Assembly: GCA_963742235.1 (NCBI GenBank)
Contig: CAVULT010000026.1
Location: 277,083-341,082, forward strand
Direction of reading: 5' to 3'
DNA: 64,000 nucleotides
DNA from: Candidatus Aminicenantes bacterium
GTDB taxonomy: Bacteria; Acidobacteriota; Aminicenantia; Aminicenantales; Saccharicenantaceae
In this document: piece after piece, positions 33,613 to 43,693 of the stretch
How positions within the stretch are numbered: the first letter of the stretch is position 1
Layout: each line of letters starts with the position of its first letter
The notes under the pieces: model-generated
What the model was told of the DNA's origin: nothing
The model's database searches: none
The model's input: the letters and a program-made list of their open reading frames with translations, nothing else
Translations under genes and position numbers: made by a program

Positions 33613-34842
33613 TCACTCATAGCGGAGCGCCAGGATCGGGTCGAGCAGGGAGGCCTTGTAGGCCGGGTAGTAGCCGAAGAAGATCCCGACGATCCCCGAA
33701 AACCCGAAGGCCAGGATGATCGAGAAGGGCGAGATCACCGTCGACCAGCCGGCCAGGGCCGAGATGACCTTCGAGACGGCGACGCCGGCGATGATCCCCG
33801 CGATCCCGCCGATCATCGAGAGCGTCAGGGCCTCGGCGATGAACTGCATCCGGATCGCCCTCGTCTTGGCGCCCACGGCCATGCGGATGCCGATCTCGCG
33901 CGTCCTCTCCGTCACCGAGACCAGCATGATGTTCATGATGCCGATCCCGCCGACGAGGAGCGAGACGGAGGCGATGGCGCCGAGGAGGAGCGTCATGACC
34001 CGGGACTGCTGTTCGGCCGCTTCCATGAACTGGGTCAGGTTCCTGATGGAGAAGTCGGAATCCTGCTTCTGGACAAGATGATGCCTCTGCCGGAGAAGTG
34101 ACGTGATCTGACGCTGGGCCGCGTCCATCTCCTCGAGGCTCCTGGCCTCGACCATGATGATGCGGACCATGCCCGGAAACAATGTTCCGAAGAGCCTCTT
34201 TTGAGCGGTCGTCACGGGGATATAGGCTGTGTCGTCCTGATCCTGGCCGACGGACGACTGTCCCTTGACCGCCAGCACGCCCAGGACCTTGAAGGGAATG
34301 TTCTTGATCCGGACCGACTGGCCCACAGGGTCCTCGCTGCCGAACAGGTTGTCGACGACGGTCTGGCCCAGCAGGCAGACCTTGGTCGCGCTCTTGACAT
34401 CCTGATCCGTGAACGTCCGGCCGCTCGCCAGGGGCCAGTTCCGCAGGGCCAGCATGTCCGGCGTCGTGCCCTGGACGCTCGTCGACCAGTTCGTGTGGGC
34501 ATAGATGATCTGGGCCACGCCCGAGAGAACGGGCCCGACATAGAGGACGGTCGGGCATTCCTTCTTGATGGCCTCCGCGTCGCCCAGGGTCAGGGTCGGC
34601 TGAGTCCCGGCGCCCATCCGGACCCCGCCCGACGTGGTCGAGCCGGGCAGGATGATCAGCAGGTTGCTGCCGATGCTCTGGATCTGCTCGGCGATCCTCT
34701 GGCTCGCGCCGGTGCCCACCGCCAGCATGGCGATGACGGCCCCGACGCCGATGATGACGCCGAGCATGGTCAGGACCGAGCGCATCTTGTTCGCCTGGAG
34801 GGCTCTCACGGCGATCTTCAGCGTCCAGATCAGGTTGATCAT
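33613..34842 (-). CDS. ABC transporter permease, FtsX/MacB type
   Basis: 409 aa. IAVRALQANKMRSVLTMLGVIIGVGAVIAM, a large periplasmic loop, and C-terminal TREIGIRMAVGAKTRAIRMQF (FtsX motif). Confidence 0.9.
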   Translation of the reverse strand: MINLIWTLKIAVRALQANKMRSVLTMLGVIIGVGAVIAMLAVGTGASQRIAEQIQSIGSNLLIILPGSTTSGGVRMGAGTQPTLTLGDAEAIKKECPTVLYVGPVLSGVAQIIYAHTNWSTSVQGTTPDMLALRNWPLASGRTFTDQDVKSATKVCLLGQTVVDNLFGSEDPVGQSVRIKNIPFKVLGVLAVKGQSSVGQDQDDTAYIPVTTAQKRLFGTLFPGMVRIIMVEARSLEEMDAAQRQITSLLRQRHHLVQKQDSDFSIRNLTQFMEAAEQQSRVMTLLLGAIASVSLLVGGIGIMNIMLVSVTERTREIGIRMAVGAKTRAIRMQFIAEALTLSMIGGIAGIIAGVAVSKVISALAGWSTVISPFSIILAFGFSGIVGIFFGYYPAYKASLLDPILALRYE

Positions 34843-35576
34843 CGGGACACCTCTTTCGTCCAGGCAGCCGTGGTGCGCTCGGCCCTGGTCCCGGCCGCTT
34901 TCTCGTCGCTGACCACCCGGCCGTCGCGGAATCTGATGATCCGGCCGGCGTAGGCCGCGATATCGGGTTCGTGGGTGACGAGGATGAGCGTGATGTGCGA
35001 CTGCTCGTTGAGCTTGACGAACAGCTCCATGATCTCGACGCTCATCTTGGTGTCGAGATTGCCGGTGGGCTCGTCGGCCAGGATGATCGGCGCGCCTTTG
35101 ACCAGGGCCCGGGCGATGGCCACCCGCTGCTGCTCGCCGCCCGAAAGCTGGTTGGGGCGATGGGCCTCCCGTCCCGAGAGACCGACGCTCTGGAGGGCGG
35201 CGACGGCCATGGACCTCCTGTCACGCGGCGGAATGCCGTCATAGAGCAGGGGCAGCTCGACGTTCTCCGCGGCCGAGGCGCGCGGGAGGAGATTGAATCC
35301 CTGGAAGACGAAACCGAGCTTGCGGTTCCGGATCTCGGCGAGCCGGTCGCGGTCCAGGCCGCCGACGTCCTGGCCGTCCAGGACGTAGTGTCCGGCCGTC
35401 GGCTTGTCGAGACAGCCGAGAAGGTTCATGAACGTGGACTTGCCCGATCCCGAGGGGCCCATGATGGCCACGAACTCCTGCCTGTCGATGGAGACGGATA
35501 CCCCGTCAAGGGCCTTGACCTGGACTTCGCCGACGTCGTAGATCTTGACGACCTCCCGGACTTCGACGAGCGCCAT
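34839..35576 (-). CDS. ABC transporter ATP-binding protein (MacB/LolD-type)
   Basis: Start at ATG 35576 (MALVEVREVVKIY). Walker A GPSGSGKST, signature LSGGEQQRVAIARA, Walker B IILADEPTGNLD. Overlaps the permease start by 4 nt. Confidence 0.92.
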   Translation of the reverse strand: MALVEVREVVKIYDVGEVQVKALDGVSVSIDRQEFVAIMGPSGSGKSTFMNLLGCLDKPTAGHYVLDGQDVGGLDRDRLAEIRNRKLGFVFQGFNLLPRASAAENVELPLLYDGIPPRDRRSMAVAALQSVGLSGREAHRPNQLSGGEQQRVAIARALVKGAPIILADEPTGNLDTKMSVEIMELFVKLNEQSHITLILVTHEPDIAAYAGRIIRFRDGRVVSDEKAAGTRAERTTAAWTKEVSR

Positions 35577-35577
35577 G

Positions 35578-36729
35578 TCAGAACATCCTGAACCCGGCCC
35601 CCTGGCTGTTCGGCTTGGACAGGGACTCGACGATGATCGTATCGCCCTCTTTGACATCGCCGGAAACGATCTCGGTCAGGGTCCCGTCGCTGAAGCCGAT
35701 CTTGACAGGGATGCGCTTGAGATGTTTGTTTTCAAGGGTCCAGATCCCGGGCCCTCGCTCCGCGGCGGCCAGCTTCCCCTTGACCATGGGCCGGAACCTC
35801 AGGGCGCCGTTCGGGATCCGCAGGACGTTCCGGACGACGGAGGTGATGATGGAGACGTCGGCCGTCATGCCCGGCATGAGTTTCAGGTCCTGGTTGCTCA
35901 CGTGCACGACCACGTCGTAGGTGACGACGTTCTGGAGGATCGCGGAGGCTTTCCGGACCTGCTGCACCATGCCCTTGAACGTGACGTCGGGGTAGGCGTC
36001 GACCGTGAAGTCCACGTCCTGCCCGACCTGGACGCTGCTGACGTCGGCCTCATCCACGCTGGTGTCGATCTGCATCTTGGTCAGGTCCGCGGCGATGACG
36101 AACAGGGTCGGCGTCTGGAAGCTCGCGGCGACGGTCTGCCCGACATCGACGTTCCGGGAGATGACGACGCCGTCGACCGGCGAGATGATCCTCGTATAGA
36201 TCAGGTTCGTTTCCGCGAGGCTGAGGGCGGCCGCGGCCTGGTCGACTTGAGACTTCGCGGCCAGGGTCGAGGCGTGGTCGGTCAGATAGGCGGTCTCCGC
36301 CGTGTCCATCTGGCTCTTGGCCACGAGGTCGCGTCCGAAGAGGTTCACGTACCGGTCCCAGGTCCTCTTGCCGTCGGCCTCCGTGGCCGCGGCCTTGTCG
36401 AGGTTGGCCTTGGCGTTGGCCAGGTTCGCCCGCGCCTGGTCCGCCTGGGCCTGGAAGAGGGCGGGATCGATCCGGGCGATCATCTGGCCCTTCTTGACGG
36501 GCGAATTGAAGTCCGCGAAGAGGGTCGTGATCCGGCCCGAGACCTGGGTCCCGACGTTGACGCTGGTGACGGCGTTGAGCGTGCCCGTCGCCGTGACGGC
36601 CGTGATGATATCGCCGCGAGTGACCTTCTCGGTGATGTACGGAGATCCGGCTTTCTTGCAGGCGGCCGATGTCATGGCCAGAAACGCCCCCATCGAAATG
36701 ACGAGAATACCGGCGGTTTTTTTGTTCAT
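35578..36729 (-). CDS. Efflux periplasmic adaptor (MacA/HlyD family) lipoprotein
   Basis: 383 aa with lipobox LAMTSAAC. VTATGTLNAVTSVNVGTQVSGRI (barrel-sandwich), a coiled-coil stretch QAQADQARANLANAKANL, and ISPVDGVVISR. Confidence 0.9.
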   Translation of the reverse strand: MNKKTAGILVISMGAFLAMTSAACKKAGSPYITEKVTRGDIITAVTATGTLNAVTSVNVGTQVSGRITTLFADFNSPVKKGQMIARIDPALFQAQADQARANLANAKANLDKAAATEADGKRTWDRYVNLFGRDLVAKSQMDTAETAYLTDHASTLAAKSQVDQAAAALSLAETNLIYTRIISPVDGVVISRNVDVGQTVAASFQTPTLFVIAADLTKMQIDTSVDEADVSSVQVGQDVDFTVDAYPDVTFKGMVQQVRKASAILQNVVTYDVVVHVSNQDLKLMPGMTADVSIITSVVRNVLRIPNGALRFRPMVKGKLAAAERGPGIWTLENKHLKRIPVKIGFSDGTLTEIVSGDVKEGDTIIVESLSKPNSQGAGFRMF

Positions 36730-38009
36730 CGCAACCCCATGGCCAGATCGAGGCTCGCTCGAGCGACCTTGCAGTCGTAGAGCGCCTGGTTATAGGCGAT
36801 CTTGGCGCTGATCAGGATGACGCTGGCGTCGGCGACCTGGATCGGGTCGCCGACCCCTTCTCTGTAGCTGCCGTCGGCGATATCGAAATTCTCCTGGGCC
36901 GCGGTCACGTTGAGCTCGGCCACCGGGACCAGCTCCTCCGCCTGCTTGAGGTTCAGGTAGGCCTGCTCCACCGCCAGACCGACGGCCTGCTTCTGGGCTT
37001 CTTCGTCGGCGCGAAGGACGTTCAGGTTCGCCCGGGCCCCGGCGACTTGGGCCGGGGTCAGGAACCCGTTGAAGACGGGGACATTGAGACTCAGACTCAA
37101 GCTCCATCCCTTGGCCAGGGGGAAGGCGTTTCCGGCGTAATCATAGGACGCCGTGCCGCCGAGCGTGGGGAGGAAGCCCGCTTTGGCCAGGGTGATCGAG
37201 CTCGCGGCGGCCTGCCGCCTGGCCCTGAAGGCGGCCAGCTCAGGCCTGTTCTCATAAGCTTGGGCCAAGGCGTCCTCGAAGGAAATGGCGCTGGTTTCGA
37301 AAGTCAGGTTATCCACGAGGCTGTACTCGAGAGTTCCCATGAGGCCCATGGCGTCGTTAAGCGTGGCCAGGGCCAGCTTGACCGCGTTGGCGGCCTTGAT
37401 CTGGCTCACCCGGGCGTTGCCCAAGTCCACCCTGGCTTTGGTGACGTCGTATTTCGGCTGCAACCCGACCTCAAAGAACCCTTGGGCCTGATCGAGATGG
37501 GCCTGGTATTGCTTCACGGCTTCGTCAGCGACGTCCAGATTCCGCTTGGCCTCGAGAACGCCGTAATAGCTCTGCTTGACGGCGAAGACGGCCTGTTGGG
37601 TGGCGGTTTCGATGTCCGACACGGAGGCGCGATAGCCCAGCTTCTGGATGCGGACCTGCGCGGGCGTCCGGCCGAAATCGAAGATGTTCTGGCTGAGGTT
37701 GAGGCCGGTCGAATAGGAGTTGAAGGTCACGGAGTTCGTCGGGATGCCGAGAGAGGTCCTCGGACCGATGAGCGAGCGTCCGGCCGAGGAGGTCCAATCG
37801 ATCTGGGGATAATAGACGGATTCGGCCTCCCGGACGAGGCTCTTATCAGCGTCCGACGTGGCTCGGGCGGCCAGCAGAGCGGGCAGGCGCTCGAGGGCGA
37901 TGCTGACGCATTTGTCCAGAGTGACCGTCTCCCCCGGGGAGATGACCTCCTGACCGCTTTGGGCGGGCGACCCCAGGGACAACCCCGCCAGCAGGATCAC
38001 CGGCCACAC
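36726..38009 (-). CDS. TolC-family outer-membrane efflux protein
   Basis: 427 aa with a GTG start. Two TolC repeats with typical LTLDKCVSIALERLPAL and YYPQIDW blocks. 4-nt overlap with the adaptor gene. The N-terminus may be mis-set. Confidence 0.85.
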   Translation of the reverse strand: MWPVILLAGLSLGSPAQSGQEVISPGETVTLDKCVSIALERLPALLAARATSDADKSLVREAESVYYPQIDWTSSAGRSLIGPRTSLGIPTNSVTFNSYSTGLNLSQNIFDFGRTPAQVRIQKLGYRASVSDIETATQQAVFAVKQSYYGVLEAKRNLDVADEAVKQYQAHLDQAQGFFEVGLQPKYDVTKARVDLGNARVSQIKAANAVKLALATLNDAMGLMGTLEYSLVDNLTFETSAISFEDALAQAYENRPELAAFRARRQAAASSITLAKAGFLPTLGGTASYDYAGNAFPLAKGWSLSLSLNVPVFNGFLTPAQVAGARANLNVLRADEEAQKQAVGLAVEQAYLNLKQAEELVPVAELNVTAAQENFDIADGSYREGVGDPIQVADASVILISAKIAYNQALYDCKVARASLDLAMGLR

Positions 38010-38077
38010 TCTTGTCGAAAATCCAAACCACCCTGTACGGATCCTGATGGGACACCTTCCTTCCAGGAACCATCTCT

Positions 38078-38093
38078 ATCAAGAACCATGCCA
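38078..38093 (-). promoter_or_regulatory. sigma54-type -24/-12-like element upstream of the TolC-MacAB operon
   Basis: Minus strand reads TGGCATGGTTCTTGAT (the -12 is TTGA rather than TTGC), about 70 nt upstream of start 38009. 14/16 identical to the htrA element. Confidence 0.4.
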
Positions 38094-38226
38094 ATTCCGG
38101 AAACCGACGGTCTCTCCGATCAGGTTGCCGATCTTAAGGCGAAAACCGTGGGGAAGGTCCGGAACGGGTGCGGACTGCGGGGCCTAGTCCTGCCGGAGAG
38201 GACGCGTAAAGCGCCGGCCCGGTCCT

Positions 38227-41200
38227 TCAGGACTTCTTCAAGGCGGCCTGGATCTTCTCCGCGATCTCGCCGGTCGAGAACGGCTTCATGATGAATTCCC
38301 GGATCCCCAGGGAGCGGATCTCCTCCTCCCGGACGGCCTCGCTGTAGCCGGTCGACAGGATGATGGGAATGCCGGGACGGACGGTCAGCATCTCCCGGGC
38401 CAGCTTTTCGCCGGACAGGCCGGGCATCGTTTCGTCGGTGATCACGAGGTCGAAATCCTGGGGCCGCTCGCGGAAAAGAGCCAAGGCCTGGCGAGGATCC
38501 GGAACGGCCGTCACGGAATAGCCGAGGTTTTCCAGCATGCGCGGGACGCTCCGGATCAGCATATCCTCGTCGTCGACGAAGAGGATGCGTCCCTTTCCCC
38601 TGGGGATCCGTCCGGCCACGGGAGGCGCAATCTTGAAGCCCCCCTTCGCCGCGGGGAGGTAGACCTCGAATGTCGTCCCCTTGCCGGGGGCCGTAGAGAC
38701 GGTGATCGCGCCGCCGTGGCTCCTGATGATCCCCAGGACCACGGGCAGGCCCATGCCCATTCCCTCACCGCGCCGCTTGGTCGTGAAAAAGGGATCGAAG
38801 ATCCTGTCCCGGACTTCCCTCGTCATTCCCGAGCCCGTGTCTTCGACCGTCAGCTTGACATAGGGGCCAGGCCTCAGGTCGGGATTCTGGGCCGCCGTTT
38901 CAGGGCTGACCGCGACCTCGCCGAGACCGACATCGAGCCGGCCGCCCCCGTCGCGCATGGCATAGGCGGCGTTGCTCCCCAGGTTCATGATCACCTGATG
39001 GATCTGGGTCGGGTCGGCCCGGACCATCTCCGGGGCCGCGTCGATCTCCTCCCTGATGGCGATGCTCTTCGGGATCGACGACTGCAGGAACTTCACCGCC
39101 TCCCTGACGACAGGTCCGATATCCACGAGATCCCGCTTCTGTTCCGCCGGCCGGCTGAAGGCGATGATCTGCTTGACCAGATCCCGCCCCCGGCTGGCCG
39201 CTTCGAGGATGAGCTCGAGATACGCGGAGGTGGGGCTGCCGGTCTCGGCGTCGAAGGCCGCCAGCTCCGCGTTGATGAAGATGGGAACCAGGATATTGTT
39301 GAAATCGTGGGCGATGCCGCCCGCCAGCGTGCCGAGGGCGTCCATCTTCTGCAGATGGCGCACCGAGACTTCGAGCCTGTGCTCGTGCGTCACGTCGCGT
39401 TCCAGGATGGCGTAATTGACCACCCGGCCCGAAGGATCGCGGACCGGGGAGACCGTCACGTCCAGCTTGCGGTCGGCCAGTCCGCCGACGGCCCGGGTCA
39501 GCCGCCCCTTCCAGACCTCGCCCGCCTCCAGGCATTCGCGGATATCCTGTCTGAACGCTTCTTCCTCGATGTCGAACCTGAGAATGTCTTCGTACTTCCG
39601 CCCGAGGATATCGGCCCGGTCGAGGCCATGAAGCTTTTGGAAGGTTTGGTTGACATAAAGGACGCGGTCCGCGGCATCGGTGATGACGATGCCTTCGCTG
39701 CTCTGCTCGACGGCCGTCGATAGGCGCCGCCGCTCCTCCTCGACCTTGATCCGCGGGGTGACGTCCACCAGGCTCAGGACGAGGTCCTTCGTCCCGTCCC
39801 CGGCGGAGACCGGCTGCAGACTCCAATCCCAATAGGACGGCCCCCGGCCGGCCCGGCTGACGTCCGGAAAGGGACTTTCGAATTCGACGTGGGGTTCGCC
39901 TGTTTCGAGGACCCGCCGGAAGACCGCTTCTCTGCCGGCGCCGGGGAGCAGACGGAGGAGGTTCTTCCCGATATAGGACTCGGGCGCTCCGCCGAAGGCG
40001 TCGGCGAAGGCCCGGTTCACGCGGATGAAGTTGAGGTCCCCGTCCATGTAAGCGATCGAGAGATCGACGCTGGCGAACATCCGCTCGAGGAGCGCGGCCG
40101 AGCGGGCGAGCTCTGCCGTCCTGTCCCGGACCTTCTCCTCGAGCTCGGCCTGATAGACGAGCAGCGCGTCTTCCATGCGCTTGCGCTCGGTGATGTCCTG
40201 GCCCTGGGCGATGGCGGCCACGACGGTCTTTCCGTCCGGACCGAGGATGTTGGCCGAATTCCAGAGGACCGTCCGGACCGAACCATCCTTATGGAGGATG
40301 GGAATCTCGACGGCCTCCCAGCGCTCGCCTTCCGAGATCGTCCGCCTGATCCGCTGCAGGGATTCCGACCGGAGATCGCCGGGGAAAAGGATCCCGATCT
40401 CGCGGCCCAGCATCTCTTCCGCCGAGCGTCCGGTCAGGACCTCGAAGGCGTGGTTGAACCGGGTGATCCGCGACCGCGCGTCCCAGACGATGATCGGAGC
40501 GTTGGCATAATTGAAGAGGCTGTCGAGGTAATCCCTCGCTTCGCGCAGGCCTTCCTCCGCCCGCTTTCGAGCCGTGATGTCGTTGCCGATGGAAAGGATC
40601 TCCCGGACGTTCCCCGAGTCATCGGCCAGGGCCTTGTTCGTCCACTGGACCAGGACCCTTCGGCCGTCCCGGAGGACGTTTTCGTTGACCTGGCTCTTAT
40701 GGACTTCAGGGCGAGCGACGATCTCACCGACGAGGCGGCTCAGATCGGCGCCCGACGAGTCCGTCTCCGGAAGCAGGGTCTGGACGCTCCGGCCGAGGCA
40801 ATCCTTCTCGGAATAGCCGAAAAACTCCTGGGCGAAGCGGTTGCAGTAGGTGATCTCCCCGCCGGGCTTCCAGCGGAGGATGACGGAGTTGGCATTGTCC
40901 ACAAGATCTCTGTAGTCCTGCTCGCTCGCCCGGAGCGCTTCCTCGGTCTTCTTGGCTTCCGTGATATCACGGCCGTAGATCCGGAGCCGGTCATCGCCGG
41001 CGGCCGACCAGATATCCAGCTGGAACCAGCGGTCGTCGACCTGAGCCTGTCTTATGAGAGATTTCTTCCTCGATTTCTGGAGGCTTTTGGCGGCACCGGC
41101 GAGCGTCGCCAGGACCGGGTGCGTGGCGCCCTCATCCGGAAGGCCGCGGAAAACGCGGCGGGCCGCGGCGTTGAGGTAATAGACATGGCCGGCCTCATCG

Positions 41201-41838
41201 GCCTCGACGACGGGCTGGGGGTTGAGCTCGGGGAAGGTGGCCAGCCGGGCGGTCGCTTCCCGCTTCTTGGCCTCGGTGACGTCGCGAACAATCCAACGGA
41301 AGCCCGAAGGACCCTTCTCCGACCCCGGAATCGCCGTGATGTCCACTTGGGCCGGGAAAGGCTTGCCGGTCTTCGGCCGGAGGTAGATCTCCCAATTCTC
41401 CAGCCGGCCCGACTCCCTCAGGCGGCCGAGTTGGGCAAAGAAGGCCTTCCGGTCGGATCGATCGACATAAAGGACCAAGGGCTTTTTGAGGAGATTGGCC
41501 GCGGCGATATGTAAAAGAGAGCCGGCCCTTTCGTTCGCTTCGATGATGAGCCCCAGGGCATCGGTCACGAGATAGGCGTCCGGAGCGTGGTCGAAAAGCT
41601 CGAGATAGCGCTGGCGCTCCTTCTCGACGGCCAGGCGGGACTCGGCCAATTCCTCGGCCTGCTGGGATAGCTCTTCCGCCGCGACCTGAAGCTCCTGGAG
41701 GGACGTCTGGAGCTCTTCGATCGCCTCGGCGAACAGAGCCCTGTGCTCTTCGGGCAGATCCCGGGCCCGTCGGGCGAGCTCCACGATCTGAGCGGTGGTG
41801 TCCTCGACCTGCTTATCGACGAAGGCCGGTTTCTTCAT
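38227..41838 (-). CDS. Hybrid sensor histidine kinase: N-terminal coiled coil, multiple PAS domains, HisKA-HATPase_c, C-terminal receiver
   Basis: 1203 aa. Several PAS-like modules (e.g. RDITEAKKTEEALRASEQDYRDLVDNANSVIL). H-box LAGGIAHDFNNIL. N/G boxes NLGSNAAYAM and DTGSGM. Receiver ILFVDDE...DLVITDETMPGLSG. Confidence 0.92.
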   Translation of the reverse strand: MKKPAFVDKQVEDTTAQIVELARRARDLPEEHRALFAEAIEELQTSLQELQVAAEELSQQAEELAESRLAVEKERQRYLELFDHAPDAYLVTDALGLIIEANERAGSLLHIAAANLLKKPLVLYVDRSDRKAFFAQLGRLRESGRLENWEIYLRPKTGKPFPAQVDITAIPGSEKGPSGFRWIVRDVTEAKKREATARLATFPELNPQPVVEADEAGHVYYLNAAARRVFRGLPDEGATHPVLATLAGAAKSLQKSRKKSLIRQAQVDDRWFQLDIWSAAGDDRLRIYGRDITEAKKTEEALRASEQDYRDLVDNANSVILRWKPGGEITYCNRFAQEFFGYSEKDCLGRSVQTLLPETDSSGADLSRLVGEIVARPEVHKSQVNENVLRDGRRVLVQWTNKALADDSGNVREILSIGNDITARKRAEEGLREARDYLDSLFNYANAPIIVWDARSRITRFNHAFEVLTGRSAEEMLGREIGILFPGDLRSESLQRIRRTISEGERWEAVEIPILHKDGSVRTVLWNSANILGPDGKTVVAAIAQGQDITERKRMEDALLVYQAELEEKVRDRTAELARSAALLERMFASVDLSIAYMDGDLNFIRVNRAFADAFGGAPESYIGKNLLRLLPGAGREAVFRRVLETGEPHVEFESPFPDVSRAGRGPSYWDWSLQPVSAGDGTKDLVLSLVDVTPRIKVEEERRRLSTAVEQSSEGIVITDAADRVLYVNQTFQKLHGLDRADILGRKYEDILRFDIEEEAFRQDIRECLEAGEVWKGRLTRAVGGLADRKLDVTVSPVRDPSGRVVNYAILERDVTHEHRLEVSVRHLQKMDALGTLAGGIAHDFNNILVPIFINAELAAFDAETGSPTSAYLELILEAASRGRDLVKQIIAFSRPAEQKRDLVDIGPVVREAVKFLQSSIPKSIAIREEIDAAPEMVRADPTQIHQVIMNLGSNAAYAMRDGGGRLDVGLGEVAVSPETAAQNPDLRPGPYVKLTVEDTGSGMTREVRDRIFDPFFTTKRRGEGMGMGLPVVLGIIRSHGGAITVSTAPGKGTTFEVYLPAAKGGFKIAPPVAGRIPRGKGRILFVDDEDMLIRSVPRMLENLGYSVTAVPDPRQALALFRERPQDFDLVITDETMPGLSGEKLAREMLTVRPGIPIILSTGYSEAVREEEIRSLGIREFIMKPFSTGEIAEKIQAALKKS

Positions 41839-41848
41839 GGCCGACCCG

Positions 41849-43693
41849 CTAGTCCTCTTCCATGACCAGGACCGCGCCGAGGGGCTCGCGAGCGGCGCCC
41901 GTGCTCGGCGTGATCGTGACGCGGCAGCGGAAACGCTTGCCCTTGCGGTCGACGGCGTCGAGCAGGATCTTCCGGGCCCCGCCGCCGCCGCTCAAAGACG
42001 ACCGGACCGGCCCGACGAGCTGGCCGACCGGAAGCCCGATCTCCAGGTCCGCCAAGGGCTTGCCCCGGACATCGTCGGCGTCCAGCCCCCACAGGGCCTT
42101 CGCGGTTTTGTTCCAGAGCACGATCTTGAGCTCCGGATCGACGGCGACGATGGCCACGCTGACGTTCGAGAGGATGGACTGGGTGAAGCCGTTGACCAGA
42201 TCGAGCTCGTCCGTCCGGCTGCGAAGCTGGTCGTTCGCGCCCCGCAGCTCTTCGTTCGTCGACCGGAGCTCCTCGTTCATGGTTTCCATCTCCTCGTTGG
42301 TCGATTGGAGCTCTTCGTTCGTCGTCTGGAGCTCCTCGACGGTCGACTGGAGCTCCTCGTTGGTCGTCTGCAGCTCCTCGTTGGCGGACTGGAGCTCCTC
42401 ATTGGTCGTCTCCTGCTCCTGGCGGGAACGCTCGATCTCCAACTGCAGGCTATGGCTGCAGCTCGAGTCGACGAAGGCGATGCTGGCGCCGAGCGGCAGG
42501 CCCTCCGGTCCGTAGAGGGGTTTGACCTCCACATCGAAGTAGAGGACGACCCCTTCCTGGCCCGCGTGCCGAATGTCTTTGAGCAGCACGAGCTGATGTT
42601 CGGCGACGGCCTTCTCGAGGGGCGTGCGCAGGTCGACGGGGCGGAACGACAGATCGAGGTTCTGGAAAGGCTGGCCGAGGTCCTTGGGGCCCAGTTTGAA
42701 CAGGTCCCGGGCCATTTCATTGACGGCAACGACCTTTCCCCCGGCGTCGAGCACGACCTGAGCGGACGGGGCCGCCCTGTGAGCCGCCTCGAGCAAAAGG
42801 GCCCGGTCGTTCTTCACGACCCTGTCCGGCGCTTCGGGCGGCATCGGGGGGACAAAGGGCCCGTCGGGGCGGCCGGCGGACGTGACCTTGCGGAAGACCC
42901 GGAAACGCATGTCCGCCGGAGCGAAGAGCTTGGCCGGGGCCAGGGCCATCTCCGCCTTTCCGAGAAAAAGATAGCCGTTGTCAGCCAGGGCGAAATGAAA
43001 CCGGTTCAGGACCTGGGCCTGGGTCTCCGCGTTGAAGTACATCAGGGTGTTCCGGCAGACGAGGAGGTCCATGTGGGAGATGGGGGCATCGCGGACGAGG
43101 TCGTGGCGCCCGAACACGATGGATCGCCGGAGCTCGGCTTTGACCACGTAGTTCAGTCCGTCCTTCTCAAAGTACTCCTCCCTCTGGTCTTCGGAGACGG
43201 GCTCCAGATCCTTAGGGGGATAACGGCCCTGCCGGGCCTGGGTCAGGGCCTCCTCGTCGATATCCGTAGCATAGATCTTGACCCTGCGGCGGAACGCGTC
43301 GGGGCCGAGGGCCTCGGAGAAAGCCATGGCCAGGCTGTACGCCTCTTCCCCGGACGAGCAGCCGGCGCTCCAGACGCGAATGGCCGCTTCTTCGCCTTCG
43401 CCCGCGATGATCATGGGGACGACATCGCGGCGCAGGTAGTCCCAGGCCTGGGCGTCGCGGAAGAACGAAGTGACGTTGATCAGGATCGTATTGAACAGCG
43501 CCGTGAACTCGTCCGGATGGACTTCGAGGTAGTCAATATAGTCCCGGTGGTTCGAAGCGCCGACCGCCTGGAGGCGCCTGGCGATCCGCCTCGTCAGCGT
43601 CGTCGGCTTGTAGGACGAGAAATCGAAACCGCGGGCGGACCTCAGGTACTCGAGCAGGGCGCCCAGGGACGAAGGGCCGTCAGGCTGGTTCAT
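41849..43693 (-). CDS. cheR: CheR-type protein-glutamate methyltransferase with C-terminal PAS domain and heptad-repeat coiled coil
   Basis: 614 aa. FDFSSYKPTTLTRRIARR, FFRDAQAW, IRVWSAGCSSGEEAYSLA and LVCRNTLMYF are CheR blocks. They are followed by a PAS-like region and the TNEELQ heptad array. Confidence 0.88.
   Translation of the reverse strand: MNQPDGPSSLGALLEYLRSARGFDFSSYKPTTLTRRIARRLQAVGASNHRDYIDYLEVHPDEFTALFNTILINVTSFFRDAQAWDYLRRDVVPMIIAGEGEEAAIRVWSAGCSSGEEAYSLAMAFSEALGPDAFRRRVKIYATDIDEEALTQARQGRYPPKDLEPVSEDQREEYFEKDGLNYVVKAELRRSIVFGRHDLVRDAPISHMDLLVCRNTLMYFNAETQAQVLNRFHFALADNGYLFLGKAEMALAPAKLFAPADMRFRVFRKVTSAGRPDGPFVPPMPPEAPDRVVKNDRALLLEAAHRAAPSAQVVLDAGGKVVAVNEMARDLFKLGPKDLGQPFQNLDLSFRPVDLRTPLEKAVAEHQLVLLKDIRHAGQEGVVLYFDVEVKPLYGPEGLPLGASIAFVDSSCSHSLQLEIERSRQEQETTNEELQSANEELQTTNEELQSTVEELQTTNEELQSTNEEMETMNEELRSTNEELRGANDQLRSRTDELDLVNGFTQSILSNVSVAIVAVDPELKIVLWNKTAKALWGLDADDVRGKPLADLEIGLPVGQLVGPVRSSLSGGGGARKILLDAVDRKGKRFRCRVTITPSTGAAREPLGAVLVMEED
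42227..42415 (-). repeat. Nine tandem imperfect 21-nt units inside cheR encoding (S/T)xNEELQ heptads
   Basis: Plus-strand units: ctggtcgttcgcgccccgcag / ctcttcgttcgtcgaccggag / ctcctcgttcatggtttccat / ctcctcgttggtcgattggag / ctcttcgttcgtcgtctggag / ctcctcgacggtcgactggag / ctcctcgttggtcgtctgcag / ctcctcgttggcggactggag / ctcctcattggtcgtctcctg. Each is exactly 21 nt and all are in frame. Confidence 0.9.

Noticed and set aside
37846-38094. 82-aa ORF upstream of and overlapping the TolC start, considered as a possible leader peptide or N-terminal extension.
   Set aside because: It is in a different frame from TolC, has R/G/P-rich composition and lacks an SD. TolC keeps the GTG 38009 start, with a noted uncertainty.
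42227-42415. Regular 21-nt repeats considered as a possible CRISPR-like or minisatellite array.
   Set aside because: The units are contiguous without spacers, sit in frame inside cheR, and encode a heptad coiled coil. This is not a CRISPR array.
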